Origin: an uncultured Nitrospiraceae bacterium
GTDB lineage: Bacteria; Nitrospirota; UBA9217
DNA length: 64,000 nt
Direction of reading: 5' to 3'
Assembly (NCBI GenBank): GCA_964447405.1
Contig: CAYUSP010000001.1
Span: 495,909-559,908 of the forward strand
Within the stretch, counting starts at the first letter, position 1, and every line of letters starts with the position of its first letter. Positions 8,880 to 18,801 of the stretch are shown piece after piece. The notes beneath the pieces were generated by a model. That model was not told the DNA's origin and did not search any database. It saw only the letters and a program-made list of their open reading frames with translations. Made by a program: the position numbers and the translations under genes.

Positions 8880-9074
8880 TTAGCTGACTTTTTTTGCCTT
8901 GCCGGAACGGATGCAGCGGGTGCAAACATGCATGCGGACATGGGATCCGTTTGGTCCTACCGTCTTTACGCTCTGAATATTGGGTTTGCTGAACTTTTTG
9001 CTTTTGTTGTTGGCATGGCTCACTTTGTTGCCGCTCAGCTTGCCTTTGCCGCATTTCTGACAGGTACCTGACAC
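8880..9074 (-). CDS. rpmB: 50S ribosomal protein L28
   Basis: 64 aa: MSGTCQKCGKGKLSGNKVSHANNKSKKF…VCTRCIRSGK, the L28 pattern. Confidence 0.85.
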   Translation of the reverse strand: MSGTCQKCGKGKLSGNKVSHANNKSKKFSKPNIQSVKTVGPNGSHVRMHVCTRCIRSGKAKKVS

Positions 9075-9175
9075 TGTAATGATCCTCCGTGATAGATATT
9101 AGGTTGCAACGCAGGCGTACCATACCATAAGACGATAGCTCATGCAAGATAAAAAGCGGTAAAAGTGGCGGCCGC

Positions 9176-9219
9176 TTGACATTCACGCTGCCCTGATGTA
9201 ATGTAAGCACCTGCTTACA
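9176..9219 (+). promoter_or_regulatory. Sigma70-like promoter (TTGACA-17-TAATGT) overlapping an 18-nt operator palindrome TGTAAGCA-CC-TGCTTACA, immediately upstream of the TetR gene
   Basis: The -35 element is at 9176-9181, the -10 at 9199-9204, and a perfect 8+8 palindrome at 9202-9219. The ATG is at 9223. Confidence 0.6.
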
Positions 9220-9222
9220 ATT

Positions 9223-9831
9223 ATGCGAAAAACCGCCACCAAAGCGAAGTTGTTAGAAGCCACACTCAAACTGATCTCGGAAAAAGGTTATCTCGGGGCC
9301 ACCACGCGGGAGATTGCTCATCAGGCAGGTGTCACCGAACTTACCCTGTTTCGGCATTTTGGGACAAAGGAAAAGCTCTTTGAAGAGCTCTTGAACAGCC
9401 ATACGTTCCTCCCGACCCTAAAGGAACTGCTTCCGGAACTGGAACACCATTCCTCTGAGGACGCCCTCAAACTCATTGCCACACGGTTTTTGCTTTCCTT
9501 GAATGAACGAAAAGCCATGGTCAAGATCATGTATTCCGAGGTCACCATCTATCCCGAGAAAATACGGGCGGTCTACAATAAGTTCATTGACGAGATGCGG
9601 TCAACGCTCGCCGGTTATTTTTCCCTCTTGAAGCGCCGCGGCCTGTTGAAAAAAAAGATATCCCCGGAGTTTGCGGCGAAGGTGTTTCTCTGGATCCTTT
9701 TTTCCTATTTTCGATCCGAGGAGATCATGCGTAAAGGCACCGGTATGAAAGGACCAAAGCTGCAAAAAAACATTGCAGAGATCGTAGATATATTCATGAG
9801 CGGGACCACGAACAGAAATCCAGTTCAGTAG
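9223..9831 (+). CDS. TetR/AcrR family transcriptional regulator
   Basis: An N-terminal HTH (TTREIAHQAGVTELTLFRHFGTKEKLF) begins the efflux operon. Confidence 0.85.
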   Translation: MRKTATKAKLLEATLKLISEKGYLGATTREIAHQAGVTELTLFRHFGTKEKLFEELLNSHTFLPTLKELLPELEHHSSEDALKLIATRFLLSLNERKAMVKIMYSEVTIYPEKIRAVYNKFIDEMRSTLAGYFSLLKRRGLLKKKISPEFAAKVFLWILFSYFRSEEIMRKGTGMKGPKLQKNIAEIVDIFMSGTTNRNPVQ

Positions 9832-9845
9832 CGGGAGAATTCACC

Positions 9846-11225
9846 ATGAGCCGAGAACGTCAATTCTTATTAATCGCTCTTTTTGTATTCTTTGTAACGC
9901 TGATGCCGGGGTTTGCATCTGCGGAGACAGCATCCCAGGTCCAGTCATTGGAAAGTCCGGAGCCCGCAACAAAGCAGAGCTTGACCTCCGGCATGGAGGT
10001 CCAGCAGATCCCGGTCCTGACTCTCAACCAGTGCATTGAAACGGCGCTCAGGAAGAATCCGGGCATAGTTGCAGCAGGCTCTACCGTGGATGTCAACCGG
10101 AGCAGAGTGGGAGAAACGCGAGCAGCTTATTACCCGCAGGTAAACGCACAGGCAGCGTATACCAGGACGAAGTCTTCAACAGAAACTTCCGGAGTCATCT
10201 CGAGCGGTTCCTCTCCGGTCAATGCAAGGACCGGCAGCATTACCTTGTCTCAAAATATCCTGGATTTCGGAAAGACCTCAAGACAGGTAGATATATCAAA
10301 ATTCAACCTCGATTCCTCCCGTGCAGATCTCGATGCTTCACAGAACACGATTATTTTTAACGTGAAACAGGCTTACTACACCGTTCTGCAGGCGCGAAGG
10401 AACCGTGATGTGGCTGCAGACGTCATCAAGCAGTTCCAACTGCACCTTGATCAGGCAAAGGGCTTCTATGATGTCGGAACCAAGGCGAGGATCGACGTGA
10501 TAAAGGCAGAGGTTGATCTCAGCAATGCCAGGCTCAAGCTCATTAATGCGGAGAACGCCCTGAATATAGCGTGGGTCACCCTCAATAATGCGATGGGCGA
10601 TCCAGACATGCCTGTTTATCGTATAGAAGACAACCTCTTGTTTCAGAAATACCCAATAACGCTTGAGGAGGCCAAAGCGCGTGCTTTCGAGAACAGGCCC
10701 GACCTCAGGTCGCTCATTGCGAAACAACAGGCGGCCGGGGAGAACGTCAGCCTCCAGCGGTCCGGCTATTATCCCGTTCTCATGGGCAATGCCACCTATG
10801 CCAAGACGGAACTTGATTCGCCGTCGGATACGACGACGAACAGCTGGAATGTCGGCGTTGTTCTGACCTTTCCTCTGTTCAGCGGCTTTCTGACAACGCA
10901 TCAGGTGGCGGAAGCAAAAGCAAACCTCTACGCATTGAAAGCGAGCGAAGAGTCGCTCAGGCAGCAGGTCCTGCTGGAGGTCCGACAGGCGTACCTGAAC
11001 CTGGAAGCGGCTGAGGCAAGCATTGCTACGGCGGAGCTGGCAGCTTCCCAGGCCAGGGAAAACTTGGATCTCGCTAATGGCAGATATTCTGCGGGAGTGG
11101 GGAGCCCTATTGAAGTGTCTGATGCCTTTGCAACGCATGTTGCTGCCCAGGCGAACTATACTGGATCCCTTGCCAATTATCGGATAGCCCAGGCAGCGAT
11201 CGAAAAGGCCATGGGCAAACGATGA
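9846..11225 (+). CDS. TolC-family outer membrane efflux protein
   Basis: It has a signal peptide, two repeated coiled-coil/beta halves, and a GGGAGA Shine-Dalgarno sequence. Confidence 0.85.
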   Translation: MSRERQFLLIALFVFFVTLMPGFASAETASQVQSLESPEPATKQSLTSGMEVQQIPVLTLNQCIETALRKNPGIVAAGSTVDVNRSRVGETRAAYYPQVNAQAAYTRTKSSTETSGVISSGSSPVNARTGSITLSQNILDFGKTSRQVDISKFNLDSSRADLDASQNTIIFNVKQAYYTVLQARRNRDVAADVIKQFQLHLDQAKGFYDVGTKARIDVIKAEVDLSNARLKLINAENALNIAWVTLNNAMGDPDMPVYRIEDNLLFQKYPITLEEAKARAFENRPDLRSLIAKQQAAGENVSLQRSGYYPVLMGNATYAKTELDSPSDTTTNSWNVGVVLTFPLFSGFLTTHQVAEAKANLYALKASEESLRQQVLLEVRQAYLNLEAAEASIATAELAASQARENLDLANGRYSAGVGSPIEVSDAFATHVAAQANYTGSLANYRIAQAAIEKAMGKR

Positions 11226-11256
11226 CGCGGGGCCGGACGAGAACAGGAAGGGAACA

Positions 11257-12423
11257 GTGATGCAGAATTCAAATCAAAGGTTGCCGTATTTCATCCATCT
11301 TTCACTCGTGCTGGTGCTTGTCATACCAGGTGCGTGCTCCAAGAGCAAGCAACCGCCTCCCAGGACCGTACCCGTGATCGCGGAAATTGCCGATCAAAGG
11401 AACATCCCGCTCCAGCTTAAGGTCATCGGCAATGTTGAACCGTTTAATGCCGTCACGGTAAAAGCCCTGGTTGGAGGTGAGATCGCAGGAGTTTATTTTA
11501 AGGAAGGGCAGGAGGTCAGGAAAGAAGCGCTCCTGTTCAAGATAGATCCGCGGCCCTACGAAGCCGCTCTCAAGCAGGCTGAAGCCTCTCTTGCGCGGGA
11601 TGTCGCACAGGCAAGGAACGCGGAGGAACAGGCCAAGCGATACGCCATTCTGGTGCAGAAGGATTATGTATCCAAGGACCAGTATGACCAGCTTCGCGCC
11701 AATGCCGATGCCCTCCTGGCCGTGGTTGAGGCTGACAAAGCCAATGTCGAGAACAGCCGGCTTCTGCTTGCCTATTGCACGATCAAGTCTCCGATCAACG
11801 GACGGGCCGGAAGCGTACTGGTCAATGCCGGTAACGTGATCAAAGCGAATGATATCGCGCTGACGACGATCAACCAGATGGTGCCGATTTACGTGACTTT
11901 TTCCATACCCGAGCAAAGCCTTGCGGATATAAAGAAATATACAGCGCAGGGCGAACTGAAGGTAGCCGCGATTATACCCGGGGATGAAAAAAGACCCGCG
12001 CTGGGCGATCTGACTTTTATCGACAATACCGTAGACAAGACCACGGGCACGATCAAGCTAAAGGGTACCTTTGCCAACGAGGATCGGAGGCTCTGGCCGG
12101 GTCAGTTCGTTGACGTCGTTCTGACGCTCACCACAGAACGGAACCGGGTAGTTGTTCCGTCACAGGCTGTGCAGACGGGCCAGCAGGGTCAATACGTCTA
12201 TGTGATAAAGGATGATATGAGCACGGATCTTCGTGTTGTTACCGTGGAGAGGGCATATGAAGGTTTTGCCGTCATCGGAAAGGGTATTGCAGCAGGCGAA
12301 AAGGTGGTAACCGATGGACAACTGCGTCTCGTGGCGGGGGCGAAGGTAGAGATCAAGAACTCAAAACCGGGGGAAGAGAAGACGGAAAAAAAACCGGAGC
12401 CAAAAGAAGAAACAAAGAAATAG
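11257..12423 (+). CDS. Efflux RND periplasmic adaptor (MFP, AcrA/MexA family) lipoprotein
   Basis: The lipobox is PGAC. It has MFP coiled-coil and beta-barrel regions and a Lys/Glu-rich C-terminal tail. Confidence 0.85.
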   Translation: MMQNSNQRLPYFIHLSLVLVLVIPGACSKSKQPPPRTVPVIAEIADQRNIPLQLKVIGNVEPFNAVTVKALVGGEIAGVYFKEGQEVRKEALLFKIDPRPYEAALKQAEASLARDVAQARNAEEQAKRYAILVQKDYVSKDQYDQLRANADALLAVVEADKANVENSRLLLAYCTIKSPINGRAGSVLVNAGNVIKANDIALTTINQMVPIYVTFSIPEQSLADIKKYTAQGELKVAAIIPGDEKRPALGDLTFIDNTVDKTTGTIKLKGTFANEDRRLWPGQFVDVVLTLTTERNRVVVPSQAVQTGQQGQYVYVIKDDMSTDLRVVTVERAYEGFAVIGKGIAAGEKVVTDGQLRLVAGAKVEIKNSKPGEEKTEKKPEPKEETKK

Positions 12424-12461
12424 TATTCCTCTGCGTCCTTTGCTGTTAAAACGGTTTTCCT

Positions 12462-15400
12462 ATGAATATCTCTGAACTATTTATCCGCCGTCCGGTCATG
12501 ACCACCCTGGTCATGCTCTCGATCCTGTTTGTCGGTATAGCCGGGTATCGTCAATTGCCTGTAAGCGACCTTCCTAACGTTGACTTTCCCACGATCCTGG
12601 TGTCGGCAAACGTTCCGGGAGCAAGCCCGGAGACAATGGCTTCTGCCGTTGCAACACCCCTTGAAAAGCAGTTCTCGACCATTGCTGGCATTGATTCCAT
12701 GACCTCGGCAAATGCGCAGGGTCTTACGACGATCACCATACAGTTTACACTGAGTCGCAGCATTGATGCCGCTGCCCAGGATGTGCAGGCTGCCATTGCA
12801 GCAGCAGCGCGTCAATTGCCGCAGGACATGCCGAGCCCGCCATCCTACCGCAAGGTTAATCCGGCTGACTCGCCAGTGCTCTATATGGCGCTCAGTTCCC
12901 CGACGTTGCCGCTTTCAAAAGTAGATGACTTCGCCCAGACCCTGATCGCCCAGCGTGTCTCCATGGTCAGCGGCGTTGCACAAGTGCAGGTCTACGGGTC
13001 CCAGAAATATGCAGTAAGGGCGCAGCTGAATCCTCGCGCCATGGCATCACGCGGCATCGGTATAGATGAAGTGGCAACTGCGGTTGCCCGCGCGAACGTG
13101 AATCTGCCCACCGGGACGCTCTACGGCGCCAATCAAGCCTTTACCGTTCAGGCCACAGGCCAACTCAATGATGCTGAAGCCTATCGTCCGATCATCGTGG
13201 CATACCGGGGCGGTTCACCGGTCCGCCTTCAGGAGCTTGGCCGGGTTATTGACAGCGTGGAAAATGACAAGGTAGCAAGCTGGTATCGCGATACTCGCGC
13301 CATCATCCTCGCGGTCCAGCGCCAGCCGGGCACGAATACGGTTGAGGTCGTTGATTCCATCAAGAAGCTCATACCGACGTTCAAGGAGCAGATGCCGGCA
13401 TCGGTAAAACTTGATATCCTGTTTGACCGGTCCATCTCCATTCGGGATTCGGTCGAGGATGTGAAATTCACCTTGTTCCTCACCGTTTGTCTCGTTGTCA
13501 TGGTCATTTTCCTGTTCCTCAGAAACCTCTCCGCTACGGTCATTCCCAGTTTGGCGCTTCCCATGTCCATTGTGGGGACGTTTGCCGTCATGTATCTGTG
13601 CGATTACAGCCTGGACAACATGTCGCTCATGGCGCTTACTCTTTCTGTCGGATTCGTAGTTGACGACGCCATTGTGATGCTCGAAAACATAATCCGTCAT
13701 ATGGAGATGGGAGAGACGGTCATGGAAGCCGCGCTCAAGGGGTCCAAAGAGATCGGCTTTACGATCCTTTCCATGACCATCTCGCTCGTGGCTGTCTTTC
13801 TTCCCGTGTTCTTCATGCCCGGCATCATCGGCCGACTCTTGCATGAATTCGCGGTAACCATTGGCATGTCCATTCTGATATCTGGTTTTGTCGCACTCAC
13901 GCTCACGCCCATGCTCGCGAGCCGTTTTATCAGGCCCCATGGCGGTGAACAGCACGGCAAGCTGTACCATGCATCGGAACGGTTCTTTGCCAGAATGCTC
14001 GCATTTTATGAACGGACGTTGACCTTTGTGCTCAGGCATCCAAAGGCCACCATGGCCGCTTCCGGGGTCATCCTTGCGGGCACCGTTGTCCTGTTCATGA
14101 TCATGCCAACCGGATTTCTGCCCAGCGAGGATACGGGGCAGTTGTTCATCGTCACGGAGACGGCGCAGGGAACGTCGTTCGACTCCATGAAACAACACCA
14201 GCTGGCACTATCAGACATCGTCATTAAGGATCCGAACGTCGACGGCTACATGTCGAGCATTGGCGCGGGTGGTGCGAACTCTTCAGGCAATCAGGGGCGT
14301 TTTTTTATCCGTCTCAAACCGCGCTCTGAACGCGATCTGCATGTCGACCAGGTAATCCAGAAATTGCGGCCCAAGCTGTCACAGGTGCCGGGTATCATGG
14401 CATTTCCGCAAAACCCGCCGCCAATCCGCATCGGTGGTACGCTCACCAAAAGTCTCTACCAGCTCACCCTCCAGAGTCCCAATACGGATGAGCTCTACGA
14501 ATACGCCCCAAAGCTCGAGGCAAAACTCCGCAATCTATCTCAGCTCCAGGACGTAACGAGCGATCTTCAGATCAAGAATCCGCAGGTGAATGTCGAAATA
14601 GACCGCGACAGGGCGTCGGCGCTCGGCATAACAGCCACGCAGGTTGAGGGGGCTCTCCAGACTGCATACAGCCAGCAGCAGATATCGACCATTTATGCGC
14701 CGACCAATCAATACCGGGTCATCATGGAGTTGGAGCCGCTGTATCAACGTGACCCCAATTCTCTCTCCCTGCTTTACATCCGGTCGTCAGCAGGCCCCTT
14801 AGTGCCGATCAGTGCTGTCTCGAAACTTTCCCAGAGTCTGGGGCCCTTATCCGTGAATCACCTGGGCCAATTGCCAGCGGTCACCCTGTCGTTTAACACG
14901 CGGCCTGACGTGTCCCTGGGCACTGCGGTTGATGCGGTGAACAAGGCTGCCCGACAAACGCTGCCGGCATCCATTACCACGAGTTTCCAGGGGACTGCCC
15001 AGGCATTCCAGTCGTCGATGCAGGGACTGGGGATACTCCTTATCGCAGCAACCATCGTTATCTATATCGTGCTCGGTATCTTGTACGAAAGCTTCATTCA
15101 TCCGTTCACGATCCTGTCAGCGCTGCCCTTCGCCGGCTTCGGCGCGCTTGTGACGCTCATGATCTTTGGATCCGATCTGAACGTCTATGCTTTTGTGGGA
15201 ATCATCCTCCTGGTGGGCTTGGTGAAAAAGAACGGCATCATGATGGTCGACTTTGCCCTCGATGCCCAGCGCAAAGAGGCAGCAGCACCAAAGGATGCCA
15301 TCTACAAGGCCTGTATTATACGGTTCCGTCCCATTATGATGACCACCATGGCCGCACTGCTTGGTACGCTTCCCATAGCCCTTGGTTTCGGTGCTGGTGC

Positions 15401-15569
15401 AGAATCACGACGTCCTCTCGGCCTTGCTGTGGTAGGAGGTCTCCTTTTCTCGCAAACATTAACCCTTTACGTTACCCCTGTTGTGTATCTGTATATGGAT
15501 CGGCTCCAAAGGAAGCTTGACCGATTGAAGATATTCCAGATACGGAAAAAAGTGATATCAATCGAGTAA
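12462..15569 (+). CDS. RND multidrug efflux transporter permease (AcrB/HAE1 family)
   Basis: 1035 aa, 12-TM architecture, with the conserved GFVVDDAIVMLENI motif. Confidence 0.9.
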   Translation: MNISELFIRRPVMTTLVMLSILFVGIAGYRQLPVSDLPNVDFPTILVSANVPGASPETMASAVATPLEKQFSTIAGIDSMTSANAQGLTTITIQFTLSRSIDAAAQDVQAAIAAAARQLPQDMPSPPSYRKVNPADSPVLYMALSSPTLPLSKVDDFAQTLIAQRVSMVSGVAQVQVYGSQKYAVRAQLNPRAMASRGIGIDEVATAVARANVNLPTGTLYGANQAFTVQATGQLNDAEAYRPIIVAYRGGSPVRLQELGRVIDSVENDKVASWYRDTRAIILAVQRQPGTNTVEVVDSIKKLIPTFKEQMPASVKLDILFDRSISIRDSVEDVKFTLFLTVCLVVMVIFLFLRNLSATVIPSLALPMSIVGTFAVMYLCDYSLDNMSLMALTLSVGFVVDDAIVMLENIIRHMEMGETVMEAALKGSKEIGFTILSMTISLVAVFLPVFFMPGIIGRLLHEFAVTIGMSILISGFVALTLTPMLASRFIRPHGGEQHGKLYHASERFFARMLAFYERTLTFVLRHPKATMAASGVILAGTVVLFMIMPTGFLPSEDTGQLFIVTETAQGTSFDSMKQHQLALSDIVIKDPNVDGYMSSIGAGGANSSGNQGRFFIRLKPRSERDLHVDQVIQKLRPKLSQVPGIMAFPQNPPPIRIGGTLTKSLYQLTLQSPNTDELYEYAPKLEAKLRNLSQLQDVTSDLQIKNPQVNVEIDRDRASALGITATQVEGALQTAYSQQQISTIYAPTNQYRVIMELEPLYQRDPNSLSLLYIRSSAGPLVPISAVSKLSQSLGPLSVNHLGQLPAVTLSFNTRPDVSLGTAVDAVNKAARQTLPASITTSFQGTAQAFQSSMQGLGILLIAATIVIYIVLGILYESFIHPFTILSALPFAGFGALVTLMIFGSDLNVYAFVGIILLVGLVKKNGIMMVDFALDAQRKEAAAPKDAIYKACIIRFRPIMMTTMAALLGTLPIALGFGAGAESRRPLGLAVVGGLLFSQTLTLYVTPVVYLYMDRLQRKLDRLKIFQIRKKVISIE

Positions 15570-15629
15570 TTGGCGGCGTGGCAATCATCAAAGAAGAATG
15601 ATGCTCCCATGCAGTGTTAAGGAGAAACG

Positions 15630-16832
15630 GTGATGCGTTCCGGCAGAGACAAATGCAGCGTGGTACAACGGAAACCGAGGACGGCACAGCGTGTGATCAA
15701 GGTACTCATCCTGGCAATGGTGCTGTTCAGTTGCAAAGGCGATGGCCCCGCATTCAGGACCGAGCCAATAACGCGCGGCGATGTTCAGCAGACCGTAACC
15801 GCAACAGGAACGGTCAATGCCGTGACCACGGTACTGGTCGGCACGCAGGTTTCGGGCACGATCAAGAGTCTCTTCGTGGATTTTAATTCACGCGTCACAA
15901 AAGGTCAGCTCATTGCTTTAATCGATCCTGAGATGTTTGAGGCGCAGGTTGCCCAGGCAAAGGCGAACGTGGAAAAAGCCGAAGCGACCTTCCGTGACGC
16001 GGACCGGTCGATCACCAGAAACCGGGAATTGTTCTCAAGAAACCTTGTTCCCCGAAGCGATCTCGATACCGCTGAGACGAACTTTGACAGCGCCAAGGCG
16101 CAGGTGGAGCAGGCAAAGGCGGCTCTCAGGGTGGCGGACACGAATCTCCGCTATACGCGCATCCTGTCGCCGGTGGACGGCGTCGTCATCTCCCGGAACG
16201 TGGACATCGGCCAGACCGTTGCAGCCAGTTTTCAGACCCCGACCCTGTTTACGATCGCGCAGGATCTGACCAAGATGCAGCTCAACACGAATATCGCCGA
16301 GTCGGACATCGGCATCGTCAAGGTTGGGCAGGATGTCGAGTTCACGGTCGATGCTTATCCTGATACGATATTCAAGGGAAAGGTCTGGCAAAAGCGGCAG
16401 GCCCCGATCACGGTGCAGAACGTTGTGACCTACGATGTCGTCATCAAGGTCGACAACAGCGACCTGCGTTTGATGCCGGGTATGACCGCCAATGTCTCGA
16501 TCATCATAACTATACGGAACAACGTGCTCAGGATATCGAATACCGCACTGCGATTTAAAATGATTGACAAGCCGGCCGGAGCTTCAGGTGGTAATACCGG
16601 TTCCACCGGCGAGGCAAACAAACGCGGAGGCCCGAGCGCTGAAAAAAAGGGTCCGGCCGTATGGGTCCTTGAAGACGGAAAACCGAAGCGCATGGCCATA
16701 GAATCGGGCATTAGTGACGGAAATTATACCGAGGTCGTATCCGGCGACCTGAAAGAGGGGAACCAGGTCATTATCGAATCCTTAAAGAAGAACAAACCTC
16801 AACAGGCGCCGTCAGGTCCGAGGATGTTCTAA
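15630..16832 (+). CDS. MacA-like periplasmic adaptor (HlyD/MFP family)
   Basis: It has a TM anchor or signal, coiled-coil and beta-barrel regions, and directly precedes the MacB-type ABC genes. Confidence 0.8.
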   Translation: MMRSGRDKCSVVQRKPRTAQRVIKVLILAMVLFSCKGDGPAFRTEPITRGDVQQTVTATGTVNAVTTVLVGTQVSGTIKSLFVDFNSRVTKGQLIALIDPEMFEAQVAQAKANVEKAEATFRDADRSITRNRELFSRNLVPRSDLDTAETNFDSAKAQVEQAKAALRVADTNLRYTRILSPVDGVVISRNVDIGQTVAASFQTPTLFTIAQDLTKMQLNTNIAESDIGIVKVGQDVEFTVDAYPDTIFKGKVWQKRQAPITVQNVVTYDVVIKVDNSDLRLMPGMTANVSIIITIRNNVLRISNTALRFKMIDKPAGASGGNTGSTGEANKRGGPSAEKKGPAVWVLEDGKPKRMAIESGISDGNYTEVVSGDLKEGNQVIIESLKKNKPQQAPSGPRMF

Positions 16833-16833
16833 G

Positions 16834-17526
16834 ATGACGCTCATTGAAGCACGGAACCTAAGTAAGGTCTATAGTCTTGGTGATGTGGACGTGCGCGCAT
16901 TGGACGGAATCTCCACGACCATCGATAAAGGCGAGTTCGTCGCGATCATGGGGCAGTCCGGTTCGGGCAAGTCGACCTTCATGAACATGCTTGGCTGCCT
17001 GGATACGCCCACGGGCGGTCACTATCTCCTTGACGGTGTTGATACCAGCGGCCTGTCGCGTGACGATCTGGCGGAGATACGGAACAAGAAACTCGGTTTC
17101 GTGTTTCAGGGTTTTAATCTCCTGTCGCGCACGTCAGCCGTGGAGAACGTGGAGCTGCCTCTGCTGTACGATGGTTCGCCCGCGAAGGAGCGAAGGGTGC
17201 GGGCGCGGGCCGCTCTCAAGAGCGTCGGACTCGAGGGGAGGGAGGGGCATCATCCCAACCAGCTTTCCGGCGGTCAGCAGCAGCGCGTTGCCATCGCACG
17301 CGCGCTGGTGAACGATGCGCCCATCATCCTAGCCGATGAACCAACGGGGAACCTCGACACGAAGACCAGTGTCGAAATCATGGAACTACTCGTTAAGCTC
17401 AATCGCGATTCGAACATAACGGTCATCCTGGTGACCCATGAATCGGATATAGCGTCTTTCAGCAAGAGGATCATCCGGTTCTCGGACGGCCGCATCGTCA
17501 GCGATAAACCGGTAAACAAACCATGA
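16834..17526 (+). CDS. ABC transporter ATP-binding protein (MacB/LolD family)
   Basis: GQSGSGKST, LSGGQQQRVAIARAL and [11 protein letters not shown] are present. Confidence 0.9.
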   Translation: MTLIEARNLSKVYSLGDVDVRALDGISTTIDKGEFVAIMGQSGSGKSTFMNMLGCLDTPTGGHYLLDGVDTSGLSRDDLAEIRNKKLGFVFQGFNLLSRTSAVENVELPLLYDGSPAKERRVRARAALKSVGLEGREGHHPNQLSGGQQQRVAIARALVNDAPIILADEPTGNLDTKTSVEIMELLVKLNRDSNITVILVTHESDIASFSKRIIRFSDGRIVSDKPVNKP

Positions 17527-18752
17527 TCAATATTCCATCCACCTTCAAGATATCCTTCCGCGCACTGCGGGTGAACAAGATGCGTTCCGCCCTTACCATG
17601 CTCGGCATCATCATCGGCGTCGGCGCCGTGATCGCCATGGTCGCCGTGGGTACGGGAGCAAGCCAGAAGATCGCCGAGCAGATCTCCAGCATGGGCAGCA
17701 ACCTGCTGATTATTCTTCCCGGTGCAACGACCGCTGGTGGCGTTCGCATGGGCGCAGGAACGCAGCCTACGCTCAGCATGGGCGATGCAGAAGCGATCAT
17801 CCGGGAATGCCCTGCGGTATCGGATGCGGCTCCTATCCACAACGGTGTTGCACAGGTGGTCTTTGGCCATATGAACTGGTCAACGGGAGTCATCGGCACG
17901 ACCCCGTCCCTGCTTATCGTTCGGGAATGGGACCTTACGGCAGGAAGGTCGTTCACTACACAGGACGTAAAAAGTGCTACGAAAGTAGCCATGCTCGGAC
18001 AGACCGTGGTGGACAATCTATTTGGGGAACAAAATCCCGTGGGACAATCGATCAGGATCAAGAACGTCCCTTTCACCGTGATCGGTGTTCTCGGGAAAAA
18101 AGGGCAGAATGCCCAGGGTCAGGACCAGGATGATACGATCATGATACCGGTGACCACGGCGCAGAAGAAGCTCTTCGGGACCCAGTTCCCGGGCATGGTG
18201 CGGATCATCACCGTCAAAGCCAGGAGCGCCGAAGATCTTGCCGGGGCTGAACGTCAGATCAATGAACTTCTCCGGCAGCGGCACCGGATCGGCCCAAAAC
18301 AGGACAATGACTTCACGGTCAGGAACCTCACGCAGATCATGCAGGCTGCGGAGGCGTCAACGAAAGTGATGACCATGCTGCTTGGGGCCATCGCTTCGGT
18401 CTCGCTCCTCGTCGGCGGGATCGGCATTATGAACATCATGCTCGTGTCGGTCACCGAACGTACCCGCGAGATCGGGATCCGCATGGCCATCGGCGCCAAG
18501 ACGTGGGACATCCGGCTCCAGTTCATAATTGAAGCGCTCACCTTGTCGCTGATCGGGGGGGTCGTCGGCATCATTATCGGAGTATCCGCATCCATCGTCC
18601 TTTCCTCGATCTCGGGCTGGCCAACCGTAGTATCAGGTCTCTCGATTGTTCTGGCTTTTGGTTTCTCCGGCTTCATCGGAATCTTTTTCGGTTTCTACCC
18701 CGCGTACAAAGCCTCGCTCCTGAATCCGATCGACGCACTCAGATATGAATAG
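17523..18752 (+). CDS. ABC transporter permease, FtsX/MacB family
   Basis: An N-terminal TM helix, a large periplasmic domain, then 3 C-terminal TM helices with the ERTREIGIRMAIGA motif. Confidence 0.85.
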   Translation: MINIPSTFKISFRALRVNKMRSALTMLGIIIGVGAVIAMVAVGTGASQKIAEQISSMGSNLLIILPGATTAGGVRMGAGTQPTLSMGDAEAIIRECPAVSDAAPIHNGVAQVVFGHMNWSTGVIGTTPSLLIVREWDLTAGRSFTTQDVKSATKVAMLGQTVVDNLFGEQNPVGQSIRIKNVPFTVIGVLGKKGQNAQGQDQDDTIMIPVTTAQKKLFGTQFPGMVRIITVKARSAEDLAGAERQINELLRQRHRIGPKQDNDFTVRNLTQIMQAAEASTKVMTMLLGAIASVSLLVGGIGIMNIMLVSVTERTREIGIRMAIGAKTWDIRLQFIIEALTLSLIGGVVGIIIGVSASIVLSSISGWPTVVSGLSIVLAFGFSGFIGIFFGFYPAYKASLLNPIDALRYE

Positions 18753-18801
18753 TCATTGCTTGACATCAGTGCTTCGCTGGTTTATTCTGCGTACCATCAT
18801 G

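Noticed and set aside
10338-11138. 266-aa minus-strand ORF inside the TolC gene
   Set aside because: It is fully antisense to a well-supported TolC-family CDS, with Arg-rich and low-complexity composition typical of antisense frames.
13215-14198. 327-aa His/Asp/Arg-rich minus-strand ORF inside the RND permease gene
   Set aside because: It is antisense to the AcrB-family CDS. The biased composition comes from the reverse complement of hydrophobic codons.
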